Shown in pieces: positions 51,089-64,000 of a DNA stretch of 64,000 bases. The translations under genes were made by a program, and so were the position numbers. This DNA comes from Paraspadella gotoi (Eukaryota; Animalia; Chaetognatha). The notes under the pieces were generated by a model that searched no databases, was not told where the DNA came from, and saw nothing but the letters and a program-made list of their open reading frames with translations. Location: the NCBI GenBank assembly GCA_051294375.1, contig CM119270.1, forward strand, positions 9,301,530-9,365,529, written 5' to 3'. The number at the start of each line of letters is the position of its first letter. Positions within the stretch are counted from its first letter, which is position 1.

Positions 51089-52035
51089 GGGGCAGGACCG
51101 GTGATTGAGGATGGGCGCCACGGAAATTGCCAATAGAGGTTATTACGGACGAGAAAGAGGCTGAAAGGAAGGCCTTAGCGAATGGAATGGCTGGATCCCG
51201 ACGAAGGGAAAATTTGGGAAGACAACATGAAGTTAAAATGAAAGTGTGAAGAGTAAAATGGAAAAAAATGAAGATTGAAAAAAGGTAAAGGACGGATGGT
51301 GAGATTGAAGAGGAGAGGAAATACGTGATGTCGAAAGTGATGGAGTGATGGAGGATGTTTACGACGCTCAGCAAGAATCCATGTGTTAACGAGTGCGAGG
51401 TCAACTCAAGATCGGAAGAAGTATTCAGTATTCACCAGCGTTACCAAAACTTTCCTTTGATCTTTCATATTATGAGAATTTGAGAATTTCTTGGAATTAC
51501 GAAAAATCGTCGCTGACGAATAAATATTCCATATTTCCATATTATCGCCAGACTAATTACACTTTTCCGCGCACTGTCAATGTTATGATAAAATCACTAA
51601 ATCCATTTTCTTTCCTTTTGTTTTCTTTTCCGCTCAAAATGTTACAAGCGTCTTTTTCAATTTTCTCACCCAACTTCACCCAAGTCTTCTCCCTTCACTT
51701 TTAACCTTTTACTTTTTTTCCACAAATATTTTCCTTTTTTCCCCCACAATGTTTTTTTTTTGCTTATCTTGTTAGATGTCTTGTCTTGCTTTTCTTACTT
51801 AACACTTCAACTCTAGTCTTTTTTTGTCACTTTTTCCGCCATTTTACTCGAATTTGAACATAAGTTTTTAGACTCTAAGTAAACTTCCAATTTTCGCCCT
51901 TGCTCTCTTAGAAAGCCGTTCGGTTTTTCTTTTCTCCTTAACAATTGTTTTCATTTTTTTACATGATCTCGTGAGCTTGAAACTTTCAAAAACCTTTGAC
52001 TCTCAAAACTTCGTTTGCTAAATACCATCACGGTG

Positions 52036-52069
<34 letters not shown>

Positions 52070-53171
52070 CTCTCTCTCTCCCTCTTGTGCTCTCTTCTCT
52101 CTCTCTCTCTCTCTAATCATTCTTCGCCTCATGCATGAATCTTATTCTTATACTTTATTTCTTGGAATTTTCTTCTCTCGGCAACAAGAAGTTTAATCAA
52201 ACCAAATAACAAAATTCAATTTTGGAAATGTTTTTGACGTTTATTCATTCTCAAACTCAAACTTAAAATTACAGCAGAGGCACCGAGCAATTGTAATAGT
52301 ACCCTCAGAAAAAAGCATTTTTGAAAAAAAAAATAATACAAGAATCTATGTTCATGATAGATTATTTTAACGCTGTATACATGAGCATTTACATTTCATC
52401 GGCTATGGCTAATTAAAGTGTTGAAGCAACTAGCGCCGACCGGAAGTCCTGCCCTCCGGTGGTCTAAGGTGATCGCAAATATCTTTTTTTAAAAACTAAA
52501 AATACTCGGTGTGTCGCATCATTTTTGTCGACAGGACCAATATTATAAATGCAGCCCTTTCATATAATCATTGCAGACCGACTGCGCGTCAATTTCCATC
52601 CAGATGATGACGAAGATCCCAGGAAAATATAAATAAATTGTAACGGAAGGCTTTTAAAGCGTCAAGGCCAGCAATTGCAACGAACGCAAGAGAAAACAGA
52701 CGTTGAGAATGATAAATACATAAGACCAGGAAATGTGAGTCACAATTCATACCAAATGTCATGTGAACGCGGTGAAAGTTGAAGGGAGAGATGCATTGCA
52801 GACGCCGCGTGTGAACGTCAAAGAATCGCCTTTATCCTGTTTCTCGTCAATGTTGACTACGACGACGACGACGATGACGACGACGAGGAAAACGACGTTA
52901 TCTGAGACGACGTCATATCCGGTTATTCGTGGGAGGACAATCGATTGCCAACCGCAATTTCCTTTCTCATCAACTGATTCAAGCGCGCTCGTCACTACAG
53001 TTTATAAATTTTAAAAAAATATATAAAGTTCACTTGTTCAGTTTATATTTAACAAAAGGAACTATTACGTTGTAAAAACGGCTCTTTTTACACCAAAATC
53101 GCAGATGGCGTTGAAGTTAAATGGGCAGAAAAGGGAGGAAATTTCGGAAGAGATTTACAATCGCGTGAGAG

Positions 53172-53220
<49 letters not shown>

Positions 53221-53347
53221 TAGCCACTGGAGAAAGGAATGATGCAACTGAGAGGAAAGTTGAGGAAGTAGAAAACGAGTCGTAGAAATATGAGAGAAGG
53301 AGAAGAGGAAAAAGAAGAAAAGAGGAAAGCGATGACTGAGTCAACTA

Positions 53348-53572
53348 CAATAGCGATGAGAAGGACTGAAAAGAAAAAAATGATAGCAAAGAGAAGGACT
53401 GAAAAGAAAAAATGATAGAGATGAGAAGGACTGAAAAGAAAAAAATGATAGTAAAGAGAAGGACTGAAAAGAAAAAATGATAGCGATGAGAAGGATTGAA
53501 ATGAAAAAATGATAGCGATGAGAAGGACTGAAAATACAAAAGTGATTGCGAAGAGAAGGACTGAAAAGAAAA
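53348..53572. repeat. ~32-bp minisatellite (GATAGCGATGAGAAGGACTGAAAAGAAAAAAT) x~7
   Basis: GAGAAGGACTGAAA recurs at ~32-bp spacing. Confidence 0.92.
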
Positions 53573-53753
53573 ATCATCATTTGAACATACAAACACTGTT
53601 GACAAAACGAAACAAAAGAATCGAAAAGAGGAAAAAAAATTCTGGTCGGAAAATATCTCGTCGCCAGAGGAATTCGGCAAAGAGGATCAATCGACATCTG
53701 AGCCGAATTATTTCCACGATTCCAAACAAAACCTTCCCCCCCAGGGGTCGATA

Positions 53754-53789
<36 letters not shown>

Positions 53790-54536
53790 NNNNNNNNNNN
53801 NNNNNNNNNNNNNNNNNNNNNNNNNNNNNNNNNNNNNNNNNNNNNNNNNNNNNNNNNNNNNNNNNNNNNNNNNNNNNNNNNNNNNNNNNNNNNNNNNNNN
53901 NNNNNNNNNNNNNNNNNNNNNNNNNNNNNTCTCTCTCTCTTTCTAAAGAATCTCCGGCGGCCATTTTGGGCTCATTTATAGGATTTCGGATTACAAATGG
54001 ATGGCGACGCTCAATAGAGTTCGCGTCGCCGTCGGCACGCGATCGAGTCACGATCGGGCCTTCGCCGCTGCGTGCGCTGCAGAGTGCGGAGCTGTATGCG
54101 AAGCTGCATGCGCCGTTCTCAATTCTTAGAGAGTCAATTGCGCGAGCACTTTGCGTTTCCGAAACGCTCACGTGCCGGTTTCGCGGGATGGCTCTCGAAA
54201 TAATTGGCACAGCGAAATAGTCCCTCAGACTCACGTGAATTTAATTGTTCCATTGCTTATAAAAATTTTACAGCGTGTGATACAAACGATCTTGAATGCT
54301 ATGAAAAAATTAATGGTTTTTCCTGTTCAAATATTCAACGGGCACCCGATGGATTATGAAGGCTTTTTTTTCCAGCCGCCATTACGCGGCCGATGGCTCC
54401 GAGCCCCCCCCCCCCCCCCGGCCCCCCCCCGCCTTCCCCCCTCCAACTCTTCCCCTTCTTATCGCGTTCCGCTCTGCTTGCTCGTAGAAATTTATTTGAT
54501 CCCCAAGAACGCTTCTCTGTCTACTTTTCTTCTTCT

Positions 54537-54610
<74 letters not shown>

Positions 54611-55064
54611 TCTCTCTACTCCTTCCTCGCCTTTCCTTTCCTTTCCTTCTATTCTACGCTCTCTCTTTTCCTTTCCCCTCCTCGTTTTTCTTTTACTCTC
54701 ACGAAGCATTTTTTTAGTAAAAAACCAAATTGTCAAGACCTTTTGTTTAGAAAGCAATTCGTTTCATTTTTCCTCTTCTTTTGTTTCAAGGCCCCCGGGC
54801 CGGGTCGAGCGCCACTTCAAAATTCATCCTCATTTAAATTTTCCCGCTCCCTTCACATTTCAGTCCCCCCCTCCTGCTCCCAGTTACTTCGATACCTCCT
54901 CCTCAAATTCTCTTCACCGTTTTTCCCCGAGGCTCTAATAGTTGCTCCCATCGGATCGAGACCAGCTGCTGCTAAAATTCCTCCTCTACTTCCGCAACTG
55001 GTCCGCAGCACTCCCCTCCACTTGCTGCAAAGTGTCGCTCCAAGCTGCCACAGTAAACCTTTGT

Positions 55065-55099
<35 letters not shown>

Positions 55100-55236
55100 A
55101 GACGAGGGAGAGAGAGAGAGAAAGAGTGAAGAGAGAAGGGAAAGAGGAGAGAGAAGAGAGAGAGAGAGAGACGAGAGGAAAAGGAGAGACGAGAGAGGAG
55201 AGGAGAGAGAGAGAGGAGAGGAGAGAAAGAGGAGGT

Positions 55237-55270
<34 letters not shown>

Positions 55271-55589
55271 TTTTTCTTCTGATTACTTTTTGCAGCTGAG
55301 ACCGACCGACCGACTTGGCCCAAGACTCGCGAATTTAATGAATTTAAAAAAGGAGAGAAAGTCTTGAACTAAGAATTCGAATTAAGATGGAATTAAAATT
55401 ATCTAAAATAATTTTTAAACAAAGGAAAAAGAAAAAAAAAGCCATTAAAACTTGGTCTATTTGAGTGATTTCCAAATATTAGGTTCGACTTTTAATTCAG
55501 CGTAATTCCAGTAATCGCTTTTCCCGTGTTCAGTCAATGTAACAATTTGAGTACTTGTTTCGAATTTCGGTTATTCGACACTACAAATG

Positions 55590-55627
<38 letters not shown>

Positions 55628-55805
55628 NNNNNNNNNNNNNNNNNNNNNNNNNNNNNNNNNNNNNNNNNNNNNNNNNNNNNNNNNNNNNNNNNNNNNNNNN
55701 NNNNNNNNNNNNNNNNNNNNNNNNNNNNNNNNNNNNNNNNNNNNNNNNNNNNNNNNNNNNNNNNNNNNNNNNNNNNNNNNNNNNNNNNNNNNNNNNNNNN
55801 NNNNN

Positions 55806-55839
<34 letters not shown>

Positions 55840-55940
55840 CTCTTTCCTCTCTATCTTTTCCATCCTCTCCCTCAACCTCGCTCTTCTCTCTCCTCTATTC
55901 TCTTTTTTTAGGATATCGATTCCTATTATATAATCAATAA

Positions 55941-56439
55941 GGCGGGCAAAAATTGAACACTTTTTGTTCCCTCAATTTTTTTTTTTCCTTTTATTACTAA
56001 ATCGATTTTCAATGCAACTTTTCGAATTAGTTCATTGGGTTGTTACACTGAAGCTTTTAAATATTTATTTTATTGAAATAAAAGTTAGTACTGTAATTTT
56101 TTAAAATTTTGACATTAAATTGGTTAAAAATAGAAAAAACTTTAAAAAATCATCATCATCATCATCATCATTGGCTTAATTTTATGGTTTTTCAAAATTT
56201 TCATTATAAAACAAAACGATTTTAAAAAGTTGTAATAATAACCTTTATATAACTTTTAAAGCTCAATCAAAATTTTTAAAAAAATTTAAACTTTAAATAG
56301 TAATAAAATAATTTTTAAATGCTTCCATGCGCTTATAAATAAGACAAATTTTAAAAATTATTTTCATTTTCATATTCTCTAACAGTCATTTTACCATTAT
56401 CTATTTGAGAGAACTTCTAGTTTTCAACCTGTTCCGGCA
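55941..56439 (+). mobile_element. MITE / non-autonomous DNA transposon, copy 2 (PIF/Harbinger-like ends)
   Basis: TAA|GGCGGGCAAAAATTGAACACT ... AGTTTTCAACCTGTTCCGGCA|TAA; collinear with 11097-11710. Confidence 0.7.
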
Positions 56440-56894
56440 TAATAATCAATATTAATTAACGATTCGATAAGCCCAAAATTGAACAGATATTCAATAATTC
56501 TAGTACATACACGCAAACAAATATTAAAGAAAACAAAATATCAATACGTATTTTATACATTTGGTAGTTTTTTAAACAGTCAAGGTAGTTTTTTGAAGTT
56601 TTTTAAAATATTCTTTATCGAATAAATTAACAAGACTTTAAAAACATCCGGAGAGGGCGCTGCACCAGGATGTAATCAACATTCCATCGAGAAAAAAAAA
56701 AATTCTGTATCGATTTTCGATTCTCCCACGAAATTAATTCCCCATTGGATTCAATTTTACCGCGGGGTGAAGGAGCGAACGCTCATTGCCTTTGAGTTGT
56801 TGTCGTTGTTATCGTTGTTATTGTTGTTGACTTTGTCGTTGATTCCAAACTTGAATTTTTCGGCCGCCACCTTGACACTCAGCACCTAGTCGGT

Positions 56895-57131
56895 TGTGGA
56901 GGTCAGAGTTAAAACCGCCTCACAACCTTTTCCCTCTGGCTTCGTCTCAATGGCTGAGCAAACTTCGTCTCCTTGTCTCAAGTGAAAGATCTGTGAATTA
57001 TATTTTTCTGTGACGGAATCTCTTCCGAAGCATCGGACCCCTTAAGATGCCTCATGTGTTACGGTCATGAGTTGACACGACCGTCGGACCCGACGACGGG
57101 AGGGATCCGAGTCGTGCCTCCCCCGTTTCAT
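56895..57131 (+). mobile_element. Old solo LTR related to the TRIM at 18257-18960
   Basis: Starts TGTGGAGG...TTAAAACCGCCTCAC (TRIM: TGTGGCAG...TTAAAGCTGCCTCAC). Shares TCGTCTCAATGGCTGAGCA and TGTGACGG, and ends CCTCCCCCGTTTCAT (TRIM: CCTCCCGTTGCCATA). Length is similar; no TSD is preserved. Confidence 0.7.
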
Positions 57132-57535
57132 GCGAAGAGAATTCGATCCAATGTGATCATGATCATGATCATGATTATTTTTAACGTTAGAAACGTCCAG
57201 AGAGAGAGAAATTGTGTCTCTCGAAAACCCGGACGTTAAACGCTTTTAACTCAGCGTTGGTGGTTGAAATTTTAAGTGTTTTTAAGCTCACGTTTTAAAC
57301 TTTTTCATTCGGAAATTAAACTCATTAATTTCACCATCGTTTTTACTTTTTATAGACTCATTCTCGTCGCCGTCTTATATTTTTCAAAATAAACTTACCA
57401 ACCAGTTCCAAATTCTTAGCGTCCTTAATGAAACCAAAAGGCAGCCAACAAAAAAGTACAACGAATCGAGAGAGGCACAAACACCATGGATTCCAGTCAA
57501 TTGCACTTATAACATACATAACATATATAACATAC

Positions 57536-57864
57536 ATTGGTTGTACCAATTTCATAAAATTCAGCTCCTTGTATTTTGATGCTGAGCGGAGTACAATATA
57601 GTATTCCCGATCTAATACTTAAGGGAGTGGTCTTTTCATACAATTGAAACATTCTTTGAAATATTATATCAATTCATTGATATGGAAGCCAGAAACTCTG
57701 GGAGTGAATAAACGAAAGTCTTGATTGAAATCTTGCAGGGACCTGCTAAGTCATTATCTTGTAAGAGTGATGGAGGCCTTTAACCACCAAAGCCTGTCCA
57801 AAGTCAGGGGCAAGATAGCTTATTTATTAAATGAATGAATAATTTTTATATTGGTTGTACCAAT
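57536..57864 (+). repeat. Solo unit of the ~320-bp repeat, bounded on both sides by ATTGGTTGTACCAAT
   Basis: Motif at 57536 and 57850. The interior matches 6042-6372. Confidence 0.92.
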
Positions 57865-58779
57865 ACAGATTGTAAATAAAATCGAATCGACGACTCAGGT
57901 TTTGTTCCGTAAAACTAATTTTTCCTACTTCGTCTCTTCCCAGGTCATTCGCCAAAATCGGAATTCTGGGAAAGAGAAAGATTCCAGTTTCCAATATCTG
58001 GATATCGGATATATTTGCATATTAAATAAAAATCATCAATTTAATTACTAAGTTAAAGTCAAATTAAGCTTGAAAGAATAGTGTTTAATTGTTAAACAGC
58101 AAAATTTTACAAAAGCGGTCACGCCATCCTTACATTGTTACAATTTCGAGCCCCATGTGTTTGGTGGCGAGTTGACAGTGCGGGTTTTGGGGATCTTCCT
58201 CAATTAAACTATGTAGAGCTTTTTTAATATATAAATATTACCAACATATATCTATTTCAAGTAATAATTCTGGAAATTAAACATAATTTTTTCCCTTTAT
58301 AACAGATTTAAAAACACACAAACATGAATTATCACCGTGTACAACAAAGTTTATTGCTTACATATTTGGATAGCATCGTCCGGAAAAATATCGGTGCCAG
58401 TATTTGCGGCGTCCAAACCAATGGGTATTTTTTAGAAACGCGTTTACGAATTCTTATTTATGCTTGATACGAGATTGTTATCACTGAATTAAAAAAGTTT
58501 TGACGGTTTTCTTCGCATTAGTTTCAAAATATGTCAACCAAAAAAAATACTGTAAAACATTATTTTTATAGCAAAATTACCTTGATATAGTATCTTAAAA
58601 ATAATATGAAGTAAAGAAAAACCAAAACCCAAATAGGAAAAGTAAAAAAGAAAAGGCGAGACTTTGACGGAAAAAGTCCACTCATCAAAATCTCGTGAAA
58701 ATCGCGTAAAAAAGTGAGATTTTAGCGAAGAATCGCGATAAACCCGGAGGTAAACAGATTCAACGGACGATTTGTCGCC

Positions 58780-58888
<109 letters not shown>

Positions 58889-61800
58889 ATAAACGTACAT
58901 ACACGTCGGTATTTTGAAAGCGGAGCAGTTTTTCACGACAGGCGTGCGGGAGGAGGAGGAAGAGTGGGGAAGTGAAGGGGGGTGGACGAGAAGGAGGAAG
59001 AAGAGGAAGAGGATCGGCCCAAGGAGAAGAGGAGTTGCATCAACGGCCATGGTGCTGATGGCAGCACGAGAAAGGCAACGATGAATCCTGGGCAACGCAA
59101 TATGGGCGAGAGGAAGTCAGATGAGGAATAAGGAGGAGGATCAACGAGCGATACAAACGTTTTACTTTTTTTTCTTTTTTTTCTTTCTTTTTTTTCATAT
59201 TTGTTTTTGATGAAATTAATTGCCAATTAAATATTGACGTTTTAGAATAAAAATTCAATGCATTTGATAATTTAAAGATTTAAAAAGAAACTTCATGTTT
59301 TGGTTGTTTCTCACGGCGTCATTGTTCCGCTGGGGAAGGAGAGGGAAACTGACCTATTACTTACTGAAAGATGTTTTTATTAAGTATTTCTAGTCCATAT
59401 CAAAAACATTAAATAAGTGTAGGACTGCAATTTTCATAAATTAAATATTGTGTTAAGCTATTCAGCTACTGTTTTAGTTCTACTTGAGCGGGTTCCCGAG
59501 AGAAATGTTCATCTATAAACATTTATATTTGTACTAAAAAATTATAAAAATTTCAAATAAACTGTTTTCCTAAGTCCTAAAACAACGAAATTGAAAGTCT
59601 ATACATAAAAAATTTCAAAGAAATTTGATAATAGAAACAAAAGATTAGAGCGTTTTATTTTACGAGAAAGAAGAGGTCGCCGTCGCATTCTTTTAGTAGA
59701 GAAACAAAAGCCTAGGCGCTTTGGATGAAACGATAACTTTCGTCAAACAAGTTCGTAATGCAAACTCATGGCAAACTCACTAATCACCAGAACCATGGTG
59801 ACTTTTTCCGACTTTTTAATGTAAGGCTATCATTCAAACAACACTTTCTTTACTAGCGTGAGATTATTTCTGATTGACGTTTTGTTTTGATCTAATTATT
59901 TATGATAAGAAATCCCTCATTAAATTTAAACTGACTCAAATCATGGAAGTAAATAAAGAAAAACATTTGTACACTTATAACACCCAAGGAGTTATTTTTA
60001 ATCGACTAAACAACATGCATGGTCGCATATACATGGCCATTGTTTTTATCGAGTACAACCTTATTTACAAAACACCATGTATATATATTTCATTCCTACG
60101 TTGTTCGTTTTGGTGAGGAAGCAAAAAGAAAAAGCCTCTTTGAAAAAAACTCTTTTTTGCGAAAGTTTTTTTTTTTTCGTTTTCTAAAAGCGGCTTAAAA
60201 GTTGGACTGCATGCATGATAGAAGATGAAATTAAAAACATAGTGAAAATTAAACGCCTCAATTCGCCAACATAATGCTTCAATAATGATGAGTTTTCTTT
60301 TTTTGTTCATTTCGTTCTTTTCTGATGTGTTTGTCTCTAAAAGCATAAAATTACGCAACAATATACTGTAAAGTACACGATGGAGAAAATAGTGTACAAA
60401 AGATGTAGTAAATAAACGTAATTATGGCGGCGCATGAAGAACAGACAGAGATAAAGTATTTTTCTTTTAGCAAGTAAATAAAGTGGAGGACAAATGGGAC
60501 ACAGTCTTATTCAAACTGATTTCTTGTTTTGTTTTAGCTGCTGTAATACCCAGCGGAAAATTTGGCCGTAAAAAAATGATATTTAAAAAATATTAGCTTT
60601 TCATTTGATGAGCAAAAAATGTTGGACATTTTCGACCTTTTCCGCCGTGTTTAAAGTAAAAGTACGCAGTTTACAAGATGACAATAGTTAATGAAACAGT
60701 TTGAAGCGCTAAGAAAGCTGAATCAAATTTTCGCTTTTCTTAGTGAAATAGACTGTTTCGTACTATTTATTTAGGTCCTTTGTCTTGTTAAGGGCGAATA
60801 GATGATTTTATAGTCAATTGAAAAGCATATTTAAACTCAATGGAACGGAATAGCCAGGTTTTAGGATAGTAAAGCGAATATTTTATATCAAAATAATCTT
60901 TCACTGCCGTTAATAGTTGTATTTATAATTATTTTAATACATATTTATCCCCTCAAATTCATTCTTAAAAAAAAAATTTAACTGAAATTCAAGTTAATAA
61001 AAAAAAAAGTTTATTTGCTAAATTGCTACCGCGATGCAAGCTTAACGTTAAATATTTAAACACTTTATCTTTTCAAAGGACTAACAACTGTATTTCAACT
61101 GAACAATTTTTTTCTAATTCTAAAAGCTAGTACATACACTACTATTTTTTTCACTGACAGCTCATGAGATAAACCAAAGAATCTACAGTATAACATTAGT
61201 ATGTTAGATTTTTTTCATTGATACCACATTAGGACTGTAGGGAATCTATGATCGGTACTCTCAAGTAGGAACCTTGATAGACCGACATGAGCTTGTTGCA
61301 GTGAATTTGCTGAGCAGAGAATGCTGCAATGCTGCAATGCAATTCGCCGCAGAATTTTGGGGCGAAGAACTTCGTTAAAGAATTTGTTTTTGGTTTAGGG
61401 ATTGGCATTCGTTGAATTTTTTGGGTTTTGGGTCTTCATTTTTTATCAATTTTCCGTCTTCAGTTTTTTTTTTTGGTTATATTACATTCATAAATTAAAA
61501 TGCTTGTATTCATATGAATATTCAATATTCATCAGCCAGATAAGTCTGAGCTCCACGTAAAACATTTCTCTCCACAAAAGAGCGTAAAAAAAAACTCCGC
61601 TTTTTTTACTTGCTACGAACTACTTTTTCGGGGGATTCAAAAAAATAGCAAAATCCACGAAATATCCATTTCGGTTTTCATTTTTCCTGTTTTTTTGTTT
61701 CGTTTTAAAAAAACACGCACTCTTTGAGTATTGCATAGATGTTTATCATCCTGTATGGTGCCCTTATGGGTTTAACTTATTCAATGAATTTTGCCAAGAT

Positions 61801-63960
61801 GCGTGCAAAAAGGGTACGTGCGCGCAAGAAAAAAGTGATTATAATGCGCGCAAGCAAATTGCATGCATTGCTAACGTCAGGATCCGTTTTGTTTCTCGCA
61901 GAAAAGTGGAAAAGGAAAAGAGATTTGACCTTTTCCTTTTTCCGTTTCTTGTGCTTTAGGTTTGTTTAATCCTAAAAATGTTTAATTTTATATTGTCTTT
62001 CGCTACATTATGAACCCGCTTCGCGCTTAGTTCGAGAGAACGTCGTTCGCCTCTTATCTTCGAAGTGTAGTTGCGTTTTTAGCGAAAAGTCAAAAGTTTA
62101 CTTTTTGTTATTTTAAATCAATAAACCCCTCATCGATTGTAGCGTAAGAACCTTTCCTGCGTTTTTCTTGAATATCATGTACAGTTTAGTTCGTGTATGA
62201 CGAGATTTTGGGAGATATAAAATTTTTTAGGCGTTACACGGATTTTAGTAATAAACTACGAATTACGGGGTTGTTTTAACATTTTTTTCTCGTTAAAATC
62301 GAACAATACTGTGAGTTGATGAAGTCTCTGTGGGCTCGTATGCGTTTTAATAGCGATAAAAAAAATGCGCCTGCTTTTATTATTATTTTGTCTTTTCTTT
62401 TTTCTATAAGCTTCACAGTAAAATGTGTAAAGCGGTGAAATATATAAACTAAGGGCGTTACTAGCGTGTTCAAGATAATATATCTACGACGTAACATTTT
62501 GTTTTGGACATCTAAAAATGTTTCCTGCTCTTTTTTGGCAATGTATAGATATAATACGTTGTTGAGATACACATGAGAGCGATCTAAAATGGAAATGCTA
62601 AAATGATGATCGGCGAGTTCTTTTTCTTTTCTTTTCTTTCGTTTTTTGTTATTAATGCGTATTAATGCAATCAAGGAAATCCGTTGTAAGGAAATATTTG
62701 ATGTAACGATTTGCACGTTTTTCGTGATAAATTTATTTTTTGTCCTGTCGATGGGATGATATTTTTATTTAAGAGTTACAATGAAAATCGGATATTAACC
62801 CGATGATGTCTAAAAAAAAAATAAGAGCATCAGAACTAAGCTTTGAAGTGACACACGATTTTATAGACGTACAATCTGGTCAGCAACTTGTTATTTGTTA
62901 TTTTTATTTTTATTTATTTCCCCTAAAACCTGTAAAATGTACGACAAACGTTGAACTAGACGAGATCGTACGCTTTTACACAAATGATGAAAATATTTCG
63001 TTTCTTTTTTTTTTTTTTTTTGCCTTAATCATTTTTTAATAAAGCTTGAACATGATTATAAATGCAATATAGAGAGAGAAATGACATTGACAATAACGCT
63101 TCAAGTCACGAAAGAAGGCGGGGGAGATGTGGACTCCTCCCGCCATGAGAGCCTCAACGATATGTCAGCCTCCCTAGCCGACAGCGGAAAAGGGCGGATT
63201 AACCTTTAATTAATCATCGATTAACGTATTAATTAATCACTGATTAATCATCGATCAATCATTGATTGGCTTTAGACATGGCATCCAAACTCAGGATACA
63301 TGTTTTAAAAAATAAACATTCCTTTATTTTCTAATAAAAAAAACTAAAAGCATGATGAAAAAAAATTATTATGACAAAACTAATATACCGATATAAATAA
63401 AAAAAGTTAAAGTGAATATAGATTTATTTATTTCAATATTCGTTCATTTAATTTGACTAACTGCAGCTCTTAACCTTCGAGAATTCACTCCGATTTTTAA
63501 TTTGCCAAACAAAAAAAAATTCTCACTTTCTATTTTGTATTTAGGACTATACTTGTTTTAAAGAAATTTAAAATTCGCTTATATTTCATGTTTTCCTGAA
63601 CTTGTGGTTCGCCATGACGTAAATATATCCTTTAAATCTATACGGGCGGTGTTTTTTTTTTAGTAGCGCTAATATTTTTTCAGCACAAATAGAGTATATT
63701 TCGCTCATGTTTTCATATGGAAGATGGAAGTTGGAATTATCACGGCTTTTAGTTGTTGGCGACGGAAAAATAGTTTGTGTGCGTGTTGCCTTTTTTTTTG
63801 GAGATTAATGTTACCGGCTCTTAAATAAAAATTTTTTCGTATAAACTGTAAGAATGAGTCGTTTTTTTTTTTACAAAAAATAAATTAAGAACCGTCAACT
63901 AATGAACGTCAACAGTCAATCGTCATTCGAAGTAAAAACGATTCTCTGTTCAGTGTTTCG

Positions 63961-64000
63961 TCTCTTGCAGTATTCATCGATCACAATTTAGCCATCGGCG
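63961..64000 (+). other. Possible splice acceptor and exon start at the window edge
   Basis: Pyrimidine tract TCTCTTGCAG followed by an open frame (FIDHNLAIG). Too short to identify. Confidence 0.25.

Noticed and set aside
54850-55055. GC-rich exon-like segment (SQLLRYLLLKF / DQLLLKFLLYF)
   Set aside because: The similar-looking peptides are in different frames, and no family or linked exons could be identified.

Overview
Eukaryotic, most likely invertebrate metazoan, draft genomic DNA: AT-rich introns, GC-rich exons, spliceosomal GT-AG and GC-AG introns, many (GA)n microsatellites and N gaps. Most ORF-track entries are low-complexity noise, so the genes below were rebuilt by hand from splice phases. 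Five genes are supported: the 3' end of MTHFR, an EEF2KMT/FAM86-like methyltransferase, a ZIFL-like MFS transporter, a 277-aa permuted papain-like (PPPDE/LRAT-type) protein with a possible signal peptide, and a TPR-SET/MYND protein with an extra C-terminal MYND finger. About 23 kb (27.7-51.1 kb) is one inverted duplication centred on an assembly gap with an error-rich right arm, probably a fold-back or haplotype misassembly. The most interesting signal is a complete 704-bp miniature LTR retroelement (18257-18960). Its LTRs carry a tRNA-like Pol III module, and its primer-binding region is complementary to most of tRNA-Trp. Four diverged elements of similar architecture also occur. A dispersed, tandem-forming ~320-bp repeat bounded by a hairpin motif, MITEs, Helentron-like ends and a Tc1 remnant are present too.
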